A DNA stretch of 63,615 nt, counting the filler, from Hyphochytrium catenoides (taxonomy: Eukaryota > Protista > Hyphochytriomycota), in NCBI GenBank assembly GCA_900088475.1. It is 10 parts of 10 records of this genome, joined end to end, with 100 filler letters (N's around TTAATTAATTAA, not from the genome) between each part and the next. Parts side by side here need not be neighbours in the genome. Positions count along the whole stretch, not along the records: positions 15,537 to 29,936 come from FLMG01000631.1; positions 30,037 to 31,143 come from FLMG01003037.1; positions 31,244 to 48,957 come from FLMG01002636.1; 7 more parts are not named here. One strand, 5' to 3'. The notes below the pieces were generated by a model. The model saw nothing but the letters and a program-made list of their open reading frames with translations. It was not told where the DNA came from and searched no databases. Position numbers and translations under genes: made by a program. Numbering within the stretch: the first letter of the stretch is position 1; the number at the start of each line of letters is the position of its first letter. Below, piece by piece: positions 23,813 to 36,949 of this stretch.

Positions 23813-25495
23813 TCAGAATGCGAACTGGATCAGCCACGCAAGAAAACCAGAGAAGAGGCCGGCAATAGGTACAGTGAAGACCCATGCTAGAAGTATTTTT
23901 CCTACCAAGCTCCATCATTGCACATTTTTCCATCCAAAGGCCGCGATAATACCGATACCCACCACAGCACCAACCTGGCAATGGCAGTGAGTAGATGACA
24001 CTGGCAACTTCAATACCGAGGCAATAACAGCAGTTATGGCTGATGCTAGCTCTACACAGAAGCCTCGCTGATAGTTGAAGATTGTGATGTCCTTGCCAAG
24101 CGTCTCTATGACCTTATACCCAAGTAAATAGATTCCCAAAGCAATGAAAAACCCTCCAATTAGCATAATCCACCACGTGGAGTCTGGAGAAGAGCAGCTG
24201 TAAATGCCATCTTTGAAGCCAGTGATCACTGCACTTAGGGCAGCAGTGGCATTGGCAGTGTCATTGGAGCCATGTGCGTAAGAGTCCAAGGTGGCGGCGA
24301 GCAACAGTAAGTACTTGAACATCCACATGACATCTTCCTGTTCGTCGTCCAGAGCTTCGTATCCCGCAATAACCTGCTCAGACGGGCGCTGACCAGCAGG
24401 ACTCACAACAGCCTCAGCATTTGTGACACGATCCATGGGGCTCTTGCCAGGGGAAGTGGCATCCAAAGCATTAGGACTGAAAGGGGTACTCCCGGACTTT
24501 CTGCTTATGGTCTTCTCATCATGAATAGCCATCAAGTTAGCATGGTTGAGCTTGTTCTTTGGATTGACAGATGGGATGTTCTTGCGACACAAAGGCAGAA
24601 TTACGCAGAGGGCAAAGGCACCAGCTGCAGCCCCTCCAATTGTACCGCCAACATAAGCCCAATAATCCTCAACCTCCTTTGCTGCAGGAGCCTTGTTGAT
24701 GCAAAGAAAGACGATAACGAAGAAGACAACAAAGTAGAGAAAAGGCAAAGTAATAAAGGCGACCTTGTTAGGCGATGAAGCTTTGAAGATAACCCACCAC
24801 GTAAGATAGTAGAGTAGCACTGCTATTACTCCTGAAGGAATAGGAGATATAGCCCATGAAGCGACAATACCACCTAGCTTTTCCCAGCCCCAATCCAGAC
24901 ATCCAAAGCCCACAGCAGAAACAGTCATACCAATGACTCCACCCACTATAGAATGAGTGGTCGAGATGGGCAGTTTCAGCCACGAACATATCAGAAGGTA
25001 TGTACCCGCGCCATATAGGGCTGAGAGCATGCCAACGTAGTATTGTGTCATTCTGCTATCGCAACGACCGCAAGCGAAGCAGTCTTTATCTTTATAGTCA
25101 GTGATACCCTTTTGTAGGGAAGTAGAGACAAACACCATATCCAAGCGTAGCAGCCCCAAGCATCTCCATTAAACCGGCAACGATGCATGACTTGCGAAGG
25201 CTGATGGCGTAAGAGTGAACAGAAGTAGACCAAGCATTGGCAGCGTCATTGGCACCAATTCCAAACGCCATGATGGCCATTCCAAGGGCGGCAAAACCAG
25301 CGACCCATAGTCGCCCTCCACATCCTTGTAACTCCCATCATAAGGAGCACAAGTTGTAGCATCATCTTTTGGGAGGGTATCAACCTCAAGCAGAAGATAA
25401 GCACAGTCCCAAGTGTTGGGGGTACACGTCGCTTCCTGCGTCACCCCAGAAAGATCGGCGAGGAAGCGCCAAGAAGCAAGAATCATTGTTGTCAT
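23813..25495 (-). pseudogene. Intronless PiT/PHO4 (SLC20) phosphate transporter, disrupted
   Basis: Signatures FGIGANDAANAWSTSV, LPISTTHSIVGGVIG, AHGSNDTANA and LPVSSTHC.VGAVVG. Frameshifts near 25305 and 25130, and an in-frame TGA at 23915-23917 before WSLVGKILLAWVFTVPIAG. Confidence 0.9.
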
Positions 25496-26685
25496 GTTAG
25501 AGCTTTTTTCCTGCTTCCAACTAAGCTTAGTCGCGTTTATCAGAGCAAGAACTATCAATACTCTTCTGTACCGAGAAAGTAGTAGAAGACTGAGGATTGC
25601 CAAGGAGTCGTCATTGGATTTGCAAGAGAAGGATTAAAAAGGAACGTAATGCAGAGAGCAGCACACTAACTACACTTCCATCAAGGGCCGAAGGCAGATC
25701 AGGAGAACGAGTCTCTTCTGAAGGTACGAAGTAGCTTTGTTGATGATACTGCATGCTGCATATGCCACGGTGGACTGGGTGGCTCTTAGGATAGGACGAG
25801 ACAAGGGACGACATGCAGTTGAAAGGCTCATAACATATCAAAAGAAAATCCCTGATACAGGTGGTCAGACCGCTGACGCACCAAATACTGTTCGCCCTTG
25901 AAGGTACGGTGAAAGAGACAACTACCTCTTTCTCCTAGTACTGCGGACGACAGACAATGAAATCTATGGAATATCATCAGAAGAGTGGTCATTTTGTGTG
26001 GAATTTTATAAAGCTACTGCTTGTGCCCAGATTCTGGTGGAGGCCATGGCTGATGAAGAAATGGCCTCTTTGTCTTCTGAACATGATGGCGTCCCTTGTC
26101 AACGACTTACACGCAACGCAAGAGTGCGATAGAGTTCCAGAGCGCCGCCTCCATTATTAGCCTTTTTTAATGTTCTGTAGACAGCCAAAGATTCGATACC
26201 TCAAACTAGCAGAATTTATGAGTAGTAGACCAAGCGGTAGAACTACTTCTTGTACATAATACCTGGTTCTTCGGGCTTGTGCGTGGTTTGAAGAAGAAGC
26301 CTCTCTTGCCAAGAACACGCAGGTTATTATTAGGAGGGGAATGATGACTACTCTTTGATGGCTGTCTTCCTTGCTACGACTTTCCGATAAAAAACTTCTA
26401 TTATAACCTCTCCTTTGCGTCAACAATGTTCGCTTCAACTTCTCCTTCGCTTTTATGAATCTTCTCTCATCTTACAAAGTCGTCGGAGCATTTTCCACAG
26501 CGCTAATCGTCAGCTATTATAGCATTCCTCCTTTCCAAGTGTAAAAGAACGTTGTTTATAGAGGTGCAAAGTCATCAAACAATGCTATTCTCCGTCTTCT
26601 CGCGGCGGACCAATATTAGTTACCTAATACCTGTATAGAAGCTATGCAGATGTTCGAGCTCTGCTTTTAATAGCCTTCCCACAAG

Positions 26686-27411
26686 TTGTCTCGCTCCGAG
26701 ATATTTTATGAGCGCGCCCAATGTCTTTCAGGATTCTTTCCGGTGGGACGCGGTTTAGTCCTCTTCTCCGACATGATCGACTTCTTTATAAAGCTGTCAG
26801 GCTCAGAGAGGCTCTCTCCCTTAACTAGCATACCAGATAAAGCTGTCGCTGCAAAGGCAGAGATTAGACTGGGTGAGGGCCCATTTATCCATGTCCTCGC
26901 CGTCACACCAGCTTACTTAGGAGCTAGTAATGAACGGGATTGGGACTATTCCATATGCTTCCTTTCCTCGCCAACGAGACGAAGACTCCTGATATATCGT
27001 AGACTCAAAGACATCCAGAAAGTTCGGTCCAAAAAAATCCGTGACTATATGCACCTTATAATCCATGGGGCGTTCAGAGAAGACGCTCGCAAGATTCTCT
27101 CCTTGTCGTTGCCGCACCAGGGACTTTGGCGTTACGACGTGTGGCCGTCCAGAAGTCATGATGGCGCTTTCGAACCAACAGAGGTTACCAAGTTGTGGCT
27201 CCAGGAAACGTACAACATATTGGTAAAGAGAAAGGACCAATCGCTTGCACTACGAATGGCTTTCAAAGAAATCTTCCTGTTGCTATTTTACCCTGGACGG
27301 GATTTCTCAGCAGACGGCACGAGGATGAAGCGGAGCACTTCTGGCTGGTACCCAGTACAGGCAAGGTGGAATATCCAGGGAGGGATATTAGGTTTTCCTG
27401 GCGCGGTGTAG
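26686..27411 (+). CDS. Hypothetical ORF (241 codons), possibly the remnant of a longer decayed gene
   Basis: Non-repetitive open frame only, with a non-ATG start and no recognised motif. Confidence 0.25.
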   Translation: MSRSEIFYERAQCLSGFFPVGRGLVLFSDMIDFFIKLSGSERLSPLTSIPDKAVAAKAEIRLGEGPFIHVLAVTPAYLGASNERDWDYSICFLSSPTRRRLLIYRRLKDIQKVRSKKIRDYMHLIIHGAFREDARKILSLSLPHQGLWRYDVWPSRSHDGAFEPTEVTKLWLQETYNILVKRKDQSLALRMAFKEIFLLLFYPGRDFSADGTRMKRSTSGWYPVQARWNIQGGILGFPGAV

Positions 27412-27581
27412 GATGGGGCTGACCTCCTCCGTCACTTCCAGATTTCCTCGGTCAGCCTCAGCCTCCGCCGCCTGCTCAAAATCTAGACACAGCGGCAACG
27501 GATAGAAGAAGCACAGCTGACTAGACCTATGCGCTGCCGCAGAACAGTCAACCGCCCCCCCGCCCATCGATGCGGCTTTCT

Positions 27582-27731
27582 TGGTAACAAAAGGGATTGA
27601 GGCAAACGTATGGCATCCACTATCACGAAACCTTCGCACCGGTAGTGGGCCATTTTTTTGATCCCGCCCCCTATTTTCCTCGCACAGCTCCCACCAGCTC
27701 ACAATTGGAAGCTTGTCGACAGATAGACGTC
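27582..27731 (+). pseudogene. Small Ty1/Copia reverse transcriptase relic
   Basis: LVTKG/RQTYGIHYHETFAPVV and AHNWKL/RQIDV resemble the Copia RT motifs RLVAKGF.Q..GIDY.ETFAPV and QMDV. Confidence 0.75.
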
Positions 27732-28807
27732 TGCGCTGCTTGTTACTTGTGCTGTTGTCTGGGGATTGGAGCTGTTCGATGGCACTCACAAAGCGGGCCC
27801 TCGTGGGTCTCTCCGCAACAGAAGATGCGGAATGAGTTGCTGCCCTTACACCAGCAGTCTTTCTCCTCCACCAACAAGGTCATCTCATACTTCGTCTAAT
27901 GCTGACCGACGTCGCTTCAAACAAAGCAATCAATATCATCAACAACAAAATTCTGACAGCAGAGCAATCCTACCTGCATCATCACCCTTTGCTCAAAGAA
28001 GACTGACAACTCATCTGAAAGGTCAAGCCCATGGACCTTATTAGATGGATACTTGGTGCTGAATAGCAGCAGCCCCGTCCTCCAATAGAAACTAGTACAG
28101 ATTCTCGCTGTTCCCTTCCAAAAAGAAGAAGAAGAAAGGAGAAAGCCGTGAAGATCCAACAGTAGCCACTAAAGCGTCAGCTCCTCTATCTCTTGTTTGG
28201 TCGTCCGGAGCCCGTAACTACGTAGTATTATGGAGCTGGCGAAGAGGAAGAGGCCCCTTCTTCCTTGGTTGCTTCTCCTCAATCTTCAGTCCAGACTTGT
28301 CTCGGCGGAATAAGGAAGAAGAAGAAGAAGCGTGGCACAGATGCTTCTCTTGGCTAACGTCGTCTGCGGCCCTGATGTGTGATGGACAATGATCATAGAA
28401 GGCTGATCTATATATACAGGAACATTTCCAGTTCTCTGCCGGTCTGTGCTGTCTGTCCGTCTGCTCTTCTCTCTCTTCCCTCAAGCTCTCACTTTGCGAT
28501 CAGACAAGCCCTGCCGGCGGAGGACAAGGAGGCAAGAGGCAGCAGGAGGTGGTGTCGCACCCACGAAGATCATTCATCATCTAAGAAACGACGCGCCGTA
28601 AGGGGAAGAAGGAACGGTGCCAGCGCTTTGCTAAGAGAGAGTTCAAGCAGGATACACTCTGAGAACGGTAGCTTGTTGCCAGGCAGTAGCGGGCTTTGTT
28701 ATCTTCGCCTGCTGTGCCAGGCGGTCATACGTAAGAAGAAGGGATTGATTGAAAAGCATGGTTCTTCTTCCTGGCATGATAGCAGAGAAGACGGTCCACG
28801 CCAAGGC

Positions 28808-28990
28808 AGCAGAAGGAGCGAAATAGGATGAAAGAAGGGAAGGGGAAGGTCGAGAGGAGTGACAGGGAGAAGAAGAAAGAAGATCTATCGTCGAAGAAGA
28901 AGCAGAAGGAGCGAAATAGGATGGGATGAAAGGAAGGAGAAGATCGAGAGGAGTGACAGGGAGAATAAGAAAGAAGAGCTATCGTCGAAA
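28808..28990. repeat. Tandem duplication of about 93 bp (purine-rich)
   Basis: AGCAGAAGGAGCGAAATAGGATG...TCGAGAGGAGTGACAGGGAGAA...CTATCGTCGAA occurs twice. Confidence 0.75.
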
Positions 28991-29573
28991 GAGGCTGCTC
29001 ACCAGAGCAGCAAGACATTCGTCACCAGCAAAAGAGAGGAGAACACCGCCGCACGATAAAGGAAGTTCAGAGAGATGAGCGCAGCAGTCTCTTTCTCTCC
29101 CCGACCCCCAGCAGCAGCAGCTGCAGCTCCAAGTGAAAGAGAGAGGAGATAAACAAAGGCCTTGACACAGCAGCACCACCTCCCAGAAGATTTTTCCGGT
29201 GTACTTTAGCTTACAAGTAAGTAAGAGGAGTCCTGACCGTAAGCATGCACGAGGAGGACAAGATGAAGGCTTAAGACGATAACAAGAAGAAGTGAGGAAA
29301 GTAGAGAGAATCACTCACATGGAGAACATCGACTACATCTTCTCAGTCACAGCAAGAAGTGCCCTGCCTCGCTCGCAGAAGACAATGGCCCAAGTCTACT
29401 ACTATGAAAGTGCTCTTACTGCTGCCTCACCATCTCTACAGCCACCAGCACCACTGTCGCCCAGTGAAGAAGAAAGATATCTACCGTGATAAGGTCAACA
29501 AACACCGCGTGATCTGCAGTTAGTTGATACGCATTGATGATTAAAGAGTAGTACAATCTCTCTCCTGAAGAAA

Positions 29574-29936
29574 CTACGTGGTCTGCGGCCCAGGCACCAA
29601 CGGTTTAGTAAGAGCTTCTCCAAGTGCTTGGCGACCAGCAGGGTCACTTGCTTGCCTTACAAGCTCGAGTGCACGATCTATCCTCTTAAATCTTTGTAAA
29701 GCCTGGAAGTAGCCTTCTTCGTATTCCTTTTCCATGGCAGCTGCCTGCTTCTTTTCTAGTTCATTTAGATCGTTACGTTTTCTCCATGCAGGGGCTTCCG
29801 CCAATTTCGTATCAGCCTCCTCGATTAACCGGGACGCCTCAAGCTTATTCAGCATCCCCTTGATGTACAGTTGCTCTGCCTTTAGTAGTGAAACGTCCTC
29901 AATGAGTGCTGGGCGACCAGCAGGGTCACTTGCTTT
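29574..29936 (-). CDS. 3' end of a hypothetical helical protein (5' part cut by the linker)
   Basis: Open from the scaffold end. Charged helical composition, with ASDPAGR repeated twice. Confidence 0.35.
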   Translation of the reverse strand, partial: KASDPAGRPALIEDVSLLKAEQLYIKGMLNKLEASRLIEEADTKLAEAPAWRKRNDLNELEKKQAAAMEKEYEEGYFQALQRFKRIDRALELVRQASDPAGRQALGEALTKPLVPGPQTT

Positions 29937-31283
29937 NNNNNNNNNNNNNNNNNNNNNNNNNNNNNNNNNNNNNNNNNNNNTTAATTAATTAANNNNNNNN
30001 NNNNNNNNNNNNNNNNNNNNNNNNNNNNNNNNNNNNTTGAGTTGTGTTGGTGTTTGTTTCAATAGTGAAAGCGGCCAGACCAACAGCACGACGGCAGTAA
30101 GTGACAACTTGAAGCTGGTGTCGAACGTCTCAGACTGTCTTACTACCGCTGCTGCTGCTGAGCTGACGGATAATAGCTTGAAGATGTACGAGTATGGGAA
30201 GAGGCAGACGATCAACAGACAAAGACACGTTCTGGGCTCTAAAATAATAATGTCCAAAGATCTTCTGGTTCTCTGCACCACAGAATAACAACCATGCAGT
30301 GACAGGAAGGGCATTTTTTCGGACAGTCGGACAGGCATGGCCACAGACGGCTCTCCATCATAATAGGCACCACACCAAGCGACTTCGACAGCCATACAGA
30401 TCTCTTCCTTGCCCACCCAAGGTGGCGGGTGTGGTAGCCCGATTCTGACCTTTGGAGCCAGAGCTGACGATCTTGAGTGGGAAGGTATGGACGTTAGCAG
30501 TCTCAGACCGCTGATGTGGTGTTACTCGTGCAAAATTGATACGTTGGGAAGAGATCACCCGTCCCGTCATCAAGGCATCAGTAGTCTCAGGTAGTAGTTC
30601 CTAGTAGTCAAGAGATGCAATCCTCGTTGTCTCAGAAGCATGAAGATGGTCAAGCTTCTTCAAGCCGTCACCTGCCGTGCTCTTGAATGGTCTGGCCACT
30701 TTCATTGCAGACAAGCACCAGCACAACTCTGTTAAGCGCCTGATGACAAGGTTATGATGTTGGATCAAAAGTATGATGGAGGAGCACGATTGAGCGACAC
30801 TATCTTCTGGCAAGATGGAGGAGGAGGAGGTAAAGAAGAAGAAGAGAAAGAGTACTTACTACCCAGCCGACGCTTCCGCGGTAGCGAAGTAGCAAAAGGA
30901 CCAAAACGACGCAACGAGCACTGGACTTCCTTCTTCTTGCTTCTATTATATCACATAATCTATTTTGTGGTCTCATCGGCTGGGAAGCTGTCCCCTCTTG
31001 TCACCACTCGATCTTCTTCTGTTCAGAGACGGCGTCCTGTGTCTTCTTTCACCTGTTTCCCCTTCTCCTGGTTCATTCCTTCCTTTCACAAATTTTGACG
31101 GCGTCGTGACAGTGCTACATCCACTGGCTGTGCTGCATCCGATNNNNNNNNNNNNNNNNNNNNNNNNNNNNNNNNNNNNNNNNNNNNTTAATTAATTAAN
31201 NNNNNNNNNNNNNNNNNNNNNNNNNNNNNNNNNNNNNNNNNNNAGAGACAAGACAGAGAGAAAGAGAGAGAGGATGCTGATAC

Positions 31284-31821
31284 CTATGAAGGTGATGTCG
31301 CTGAGCAGCTCATTGTTCACAAAGCCTTTCATATCGTTGATGATCGAGCTCGGCGGGATCTCGTACTCCTAAGGAAGGACAAAGAGTATGGAATAGTCGG
31401 AGGAGAGACATTGACATTGAGAGTTAGACACTGAGACGTTGAGCATAGAGATGAACAAGGAGAGAGGAAAAGAGAGAGACACACAGACGGAGAAGGACGG
31501 ACAGACAGAGGCGCACAGAGAGAGACACAAACAAAAGAAGGTGAATGGGGAACGAGCAGGGAGAGGAAGACAACAGAAAATAAAGCCACAGGGAGAGGAG
31601 AGAGAGAGAGACACTGGCGCCGTACATGAGGATCTCCTCCGAAGTTTAGCTCCTGGAAATCATTCAGTCGGTTGGATCCATCGTAGCCGCCAAAGATAAA
31701 GAGAGAATCCTGGACAAAATGAAAAGTTAAAACGAGAGAAGGAAAAAAAAACGAGAGATTTAAGGGGCTTCAGTGGCCAATATCTCCACCACTTGGACGG
31801 TGGTAACGAGTCTGCTACCCT

Positions 31822-31873
<52 letters not shown>

Positions 31874-33479
31874 GCTCTCTCCCTGTCTCTGTCCGTACCT
31901 GATAGACGCAGCCAGTGTGACAGAAGCGCTGAGCAGGAAGGGTGCCGTGAGTCTGGACCTGCCGCCACTTGGGAGGATCTGCAACACAGCAGCGGGCAGG
32001 AGAGGCCAGTTAGTGTGACGCAGCAGAAGAGAGAGAGAGAGAAAGTAAGAAAGAGCTTACGCTGGGGAGATAAATGAAAAGTGAGAAGTGAGAGGAAGGA
32101 TCTCAAAGAGAGACAGACAGAAAGACAGAAAGACAGAGAAAGAAGAGAAAAGCAAAAAACTGAAACAGAGAGAGAGAGAGAAGGAGAGATAAACAAAAAA
32201 GAGAAACAAATAAAAGGAAAGAGAAACAGAGAGGGATGATGTAAGCTCTAACTCAGAGAGGAAGTACAGATCCCCGCTTTGAGGAAAGCACGGAAGAGAG
32301 AGAGCGCATCCTCGTGTCTTACTTTCTTTGAGTCTGAGCTCGTAAAGATCATTCATCGCCGTCCCTGTGGACCCGCCGAAGACAAACATCGAGGCTCCGT
32401 GCACGACTGCCACGTGGGAGTCGCGAGGGATCGGAGCCAGGCCGCCAGCTTCCAGAGGAGACCACGTCTTGGACTCTAATGTCCAACACGGAGAAGAGCG
32501 AGCGAAGCGAGAGAGAGAGAGAGAGAGAAAGAGGGAGAGAGAGAGAGAGAAAGAGAGGGAGAGAGAGAAAGTGAAGGAAAGAGAGGGATTAAAAGGGAGC
32601 AGGAAAGAGAGCGAGAGAGGGAGAGCAAGGAAGCAAAAAGGTCAGAGAAAAGTTTTATGGCAACGTAAGTAGAGTACAATTGAGAGGCAAGTGTAATAGC
32701 CCCAATCACTGTCCAAAAGAAAGAGAACAGAGGGAGAGACTCTTGCTGGGTGGGAAGGAGGAAGAGGAAAACTACGGACCGAAGTTAAAAAGGTGCACGT
32801 CATTCAGATGCCTGGACCCGTCATGGCCGCCAAAGAGGACCATGTGGGAACCACTTACAACGCAGGAAGCACGATACCTGTGTAGAGAGAGAGAGAGAGT
32901 GTGTGAGAGGAAGGCAAAGAGAGAAAGGAAACGCAGAGGGAGAGATGTAGAAACAGTTTTGAAGCAGAGGGAGAGACACGCTGAGGCACACAAAGAAAGA
33001 AGAGAGAGAATAAGCCCTCTCTTAGCATTTTATGGTGGTCTATCTCCCGATCGGGTCTGGATGCTTCACCAGCCCTAGCCTCCCAGTTGCTATCACCCTC
33101 GGCCGTGGCAAACCACTATTTGCAGCCCCTCCATGCTGTGCTTATCTCGTCTTCTCTCTCTCTCTTATCTCTCTTTTCTCTCCTCTCTCTCTACAGCTCC
33201 TCTCACCTGGCTCGAGGAGGACGACCGACGGCATTTACAATCTTCCAGGTAGAAGTGTCTACAGCAGGCAAGGGACGAGTCAGAGAAAGGGCAGAAGAGC
33301 AACGAAAGAGATGAAAAGAAGGGAAACGGAGAAAAGGAGAGATAGAATCTGAGAGAATAGACGAGGGCGTTTGAAGAGAGAATAGCTGTGGCAGAAGTCC
33401 TAAAGAAAATAATGAGAGACATAATTCGGGATGGGGCCGCCAGCAATAGAGAAGAAACCTTAATAGAGAAAGAGACAGA

Positions 33480-33510
<31 letters not shown>

Positions 33511-35252
33511 GGAGAGAGAGAGAGGAGAGTTAGAGACAGAAGAGGAGGGAGAGGGATGAACGGATTCATTCTCAATCTGTCTCTTGCTCACCGAAATTGA
33601 ATTCATGGAAATCATTCCTGTAGGAGCCGTCATAGCCGCCGAAGCAGAAGAAAGAACGGCCTGACAGGGCAAAAGAAAGGAAAGTCGATGTGAGGAGACA
33701 ATATTTCCTTTCCTTTCAGTCCAGAAGAGTGATAAAAGGGTTCCAGGAAGCCAGAGTGGGAGGAACAGCTGAGAAAGAGAGAGAAGCTAGGAGAGAGGGG
33801 GCCGAGAAAGAGCAACTTGTCACAGGCGGCAGGTCAGCGAGCCAGAATGAAAAGCAAAGTCGGTCAGGCATAGAACATGGAAGTAAAAGAGGAAACAGAG
33901 CAAGAAGAAGAGAGAGAGAGGACCGGTTCAGTAGCGAGAGAAGAGAGGAAGAGAGACAGTCGAAGAAGAGAGAGTGAGAGGGCCGGTTCACTAGCGAGAG
34001 AAGAGAGGAAGAGAGACAGTCGAAGAAGCGAGAGTGAGAGGGCCGGTTCAGTAGCGGGACAAGAGAGAAAGGGAGACAGAGTCAGGAAAGACGGAGAAGC
34101 GTTCGGGTCCTTATCTCTAACGATCCTTACCAAAAATGACTGCGGCATGGCTGTGCCGAGCACTGGGCGTCTGCCCTCCCAGAACCGTGACCACGGACCA
34201 TTGCATGCGATCTGAGGGAGGAAAGCAACACAGAGGAGAAAAGTGAGGAGAGAATGAGCAAGTGAAATACGCGAGGGGACTGCGCAGATATCCGATGTGG
34301 AGGAGAAATAACGACGGTGCGCTTGAGAAAGCCAACTTCGAGAGAGAGAGAAAGAATAAAAGGCGCCAAGATTAACTTCCGCCAGAGAAGCGCTAATTAG
34401 CAAGCAGAGAGAGAGAGAGAGATCACTCATCAAGAAGCGGCTCAATGGAGAGGGGAAAATGCGGGGGAAAGAGAGTAGACGCATGTTGAAAGCAGGGATG
34501 CACTCTCCACGTGGACAAGGGCAAGGGGGAGACTAGGAGAGAATGGGGAAGCGAAAGGAGTTTGAAAAAAGAGCTCATGAGATGAAGTGAGACAATAAAG
34601 AGGATAGACACAGAGAAAATGGGGGGAAACGGGAAAAGAGACACACACAGAGAGAGAGACAGAGAGAGAGAGACAGAGAGACAGAAAGAGAAAACAGGCG
34701 AGGTGAAGAGGGAGAGACGAGAGAGTGAAACATGGTACCAAAGCTGAACTCGTAGAAGTCGTTGACTCTGCAGGTCCCGTCGAACCCCGCGAACACGAAG
34801 AAAGAGTTTTCAAAGACAAAGGCTACGTGACGGTCCCGAGGCGTGGGAACCTTCCCTGCGCTGGGCATCACGGACCAGCTCTGCGTCTCTGTGAGTGTGT
34901 AAGAGAGACGCGCGCGCGAGAGAGAGAGAGAGGAATGAGAGAGAGAGAATGAGAGAGAGAATGAGAGTCGGGTATGTGAGTGAAAGGTGGGGAAAAGAGA
35001 GCAATTAGGCTGGACAGGTACTACTTAGCAAGAGGGAACAGGGAAGGAGACGAGCTCCTTACATAACAAGTAAGAAGAGAGAGACTAAGCAGGGAGAAAG
35101 GTGAGAAAGAGAGAGGAGCACAGCTAGAGTAATGCGAGAGAGCAGGAGAAAAGTCCACTGCATGAGACTCGTTTGCCTTACTGATGTTGAAGGAGTAGAA
35201 GTCATTAAGGCGGTTGGAGCCATCGTAACCTGCGCAAGAGAGACGGAGAGAA

Positions 35253-35295
<43 letters not shown>

Positions 35296-35850
35296 AGAGA
35301 GTACTCGTAAGGCCAGGGAAGAAGGAGCCCTCAGGTGTAAGGAATAGTGAAAAGTCGGAAAGATTGACCAAAAGACCAGACAAGTATAGCTGAAAAAGAG
35401 AGGAAAAGAGGTAAAAGAAGGGAGAGAGGACGAGGAGAGACAGAAAGAGAGGGACAGAGATGGGGAGGGAAGAAGGAAAGGTTGAGGATGACGGAAAGGG
35501 TACATCTCTTCTTTAAGACAAATAAGAGACCGTGCGCAGCCAGAGGAGAGAGGAAGAGTGAAGGGGGGAGAGAAAGAGTAATTAAAGAGAGACGGAGTGG
35601 GGAATATACCTCCGAAGATATAAATGTTATCCCCATGAACTGCCGCTGTGTGCAGCGACCGCTGGCAGGGCGGCGGGGCTTTCTCTCTTTCCCTCTCTCC
35701 CTCTGTCCCCACCTCCGCGATCTGCTTCCAGGTCCACTGACTGCGCCGGTGACGGAAGGAGCGGCTGCGCACTTCCTCGAGAACACCTCCAGCCTCCCCT
35801 CCAGCGCCTTCCTGAGCCACTGACAGCGAGTCGAGGGCACGCAGGCTCAT
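31284..35850 (-). CDS. LZTR1: LZTR1-like Kelch-repeat and BTB protein, 3' truncated by the scaffold end
   Basis: About 11 GT-AG exons giving six Kelch blades: RSLHTAAVHGDNIYIFGGYDGSNRLNDFY, RDRHVAFVFENSFFVFAGFDG, RHSHAAV..FCFGGYDGSYRNDFH, RYRASCVVSGSHMVLFGGHDGSRHLND, RDSHVAVVHGASMFVFGGSTG and RFCHAGCVYQDSLFIFGGYDG. These are followed by the BTB start NDMKGFVNNELLSDITFI. Confidence 0.88.
33912..34062. repeat. 60-bp intronic tandem repeat (about 2.5 units)
   Basis: GAGAGGRCCGGTTCASTAGCG recurs at 60-bp spacing. Confidence 0.8.
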
Positions 35851-36949
35851 CTTCTTCTCTCTGTCAGTGTCTCTCCCTTCCTTTAGGCTTACTTCTCTGG
35901 GTCTCTCTCCCTCGGTCTCTCGGTCTCTTGCTGCCTCTATGTTGTCTCGCCTCTCTCGTCGTCCGCCGCTCTTCTGCCCTTCTGCGATCCGCTGCTTCTT
36001 CTCTGTCGGGCCCTCAGTTGGTGAGGGAGCTGCGGTCTAGGAAGGGAGAGACGCAGAAAGTTGGGGGGCGAGGAGCCAGGGCGACAGAGCATGAGGGAGG
36101 AGGGAGGCGACAGAGAGACATACAGAAAGAGAGAGGGAGGGAGAGAGAGAGAGAGAGGACAAGGAGTAAGGCAGTGAGCAAGCGTCAGAAAAGAGAACAG
36201 GCTTCAACCAGAAATCTGCACACTGCACAGAGGGCATGGGGCCTCTCTATCCATATTCGGAATATAGCCCACAAATTGTCGAAATATTACTGTACGGGGG
36301 TAACTATTTCTGAGCGAGGGAGAAGAGAGAAGAGAGAGAGAGGGAGAGAGAGAGAGAGAGGGAGAGACAGAGAGAGAGAGAGANAGAGAGAGAGAGACGA
36401 GGAGCAGACAGACCTTCGACCGAGATGAGGCACAAGAAAGGGGAGGGAGAGGAAGAGAGGTGGATAAAGAGAGAGAGCGCCTCAAGTGGTGAAGTAGCTT
36501 CTCAGACTGGGATCCTACGTCGCAACAGGAAGGGAGAAGGGAGCGCTGAGCAGGGAGAGAGAGATGCGGGACAGAGACCGCTTCCCAGGACACCAGACCT
36601 CTCAAAGACACGTTCTCCTGGTGCAAGCAACATCATAGAGCGAGCAAGAAGCATATACACTGAGGGCAAGAGAAAGAGGGAGACGGAGGGAGTTTGAGAG
36701 AGGAAGAGAGAGAAACGAGAGAGAGAGAGAGAGAGAGGGGCCCGGCCTGGGGAAATGGTGCAACAGTTTGGATCTGAGAGGAGGAGCTCAAGCGCCTTGG
36801 CGCCTAAGGGCGGCGTCTGGCTCTGTACAGGAAGATAAAGAGGAGAAAGAGGCAAGATTTTCTCCAGCTCCACGCCGCTGGCGGTGTTTCCTTGTTTCTT
36901 CTCTCTCTCCTCATCCGTCTCTCCCCTCTCCAGTCCATACAGAGGTTCT

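Noticed and set aside
23915-23917. TGA readthrough, selenocysteine or an alternative genetic code in the PiT gene
   Set aside because: The TGA is an extra codon from a 3-bp duplication next to the expected Trp, the gene has other frameshifts, and other genes use TGG for Trp.
21550-29936. Endogenous giant-virus or Polinton insertion
   Set aside because: Intron-poor and compositionally distinct, but no capsid, packaging ATPase, PolB or primase motifs were recognised.
30330-30370. GMATDGSPS as a hAT transposase catalytic motif
   Set aside because: Followed by stops, with no downstream CxxH motif or other hAT blocks found; too short to support.
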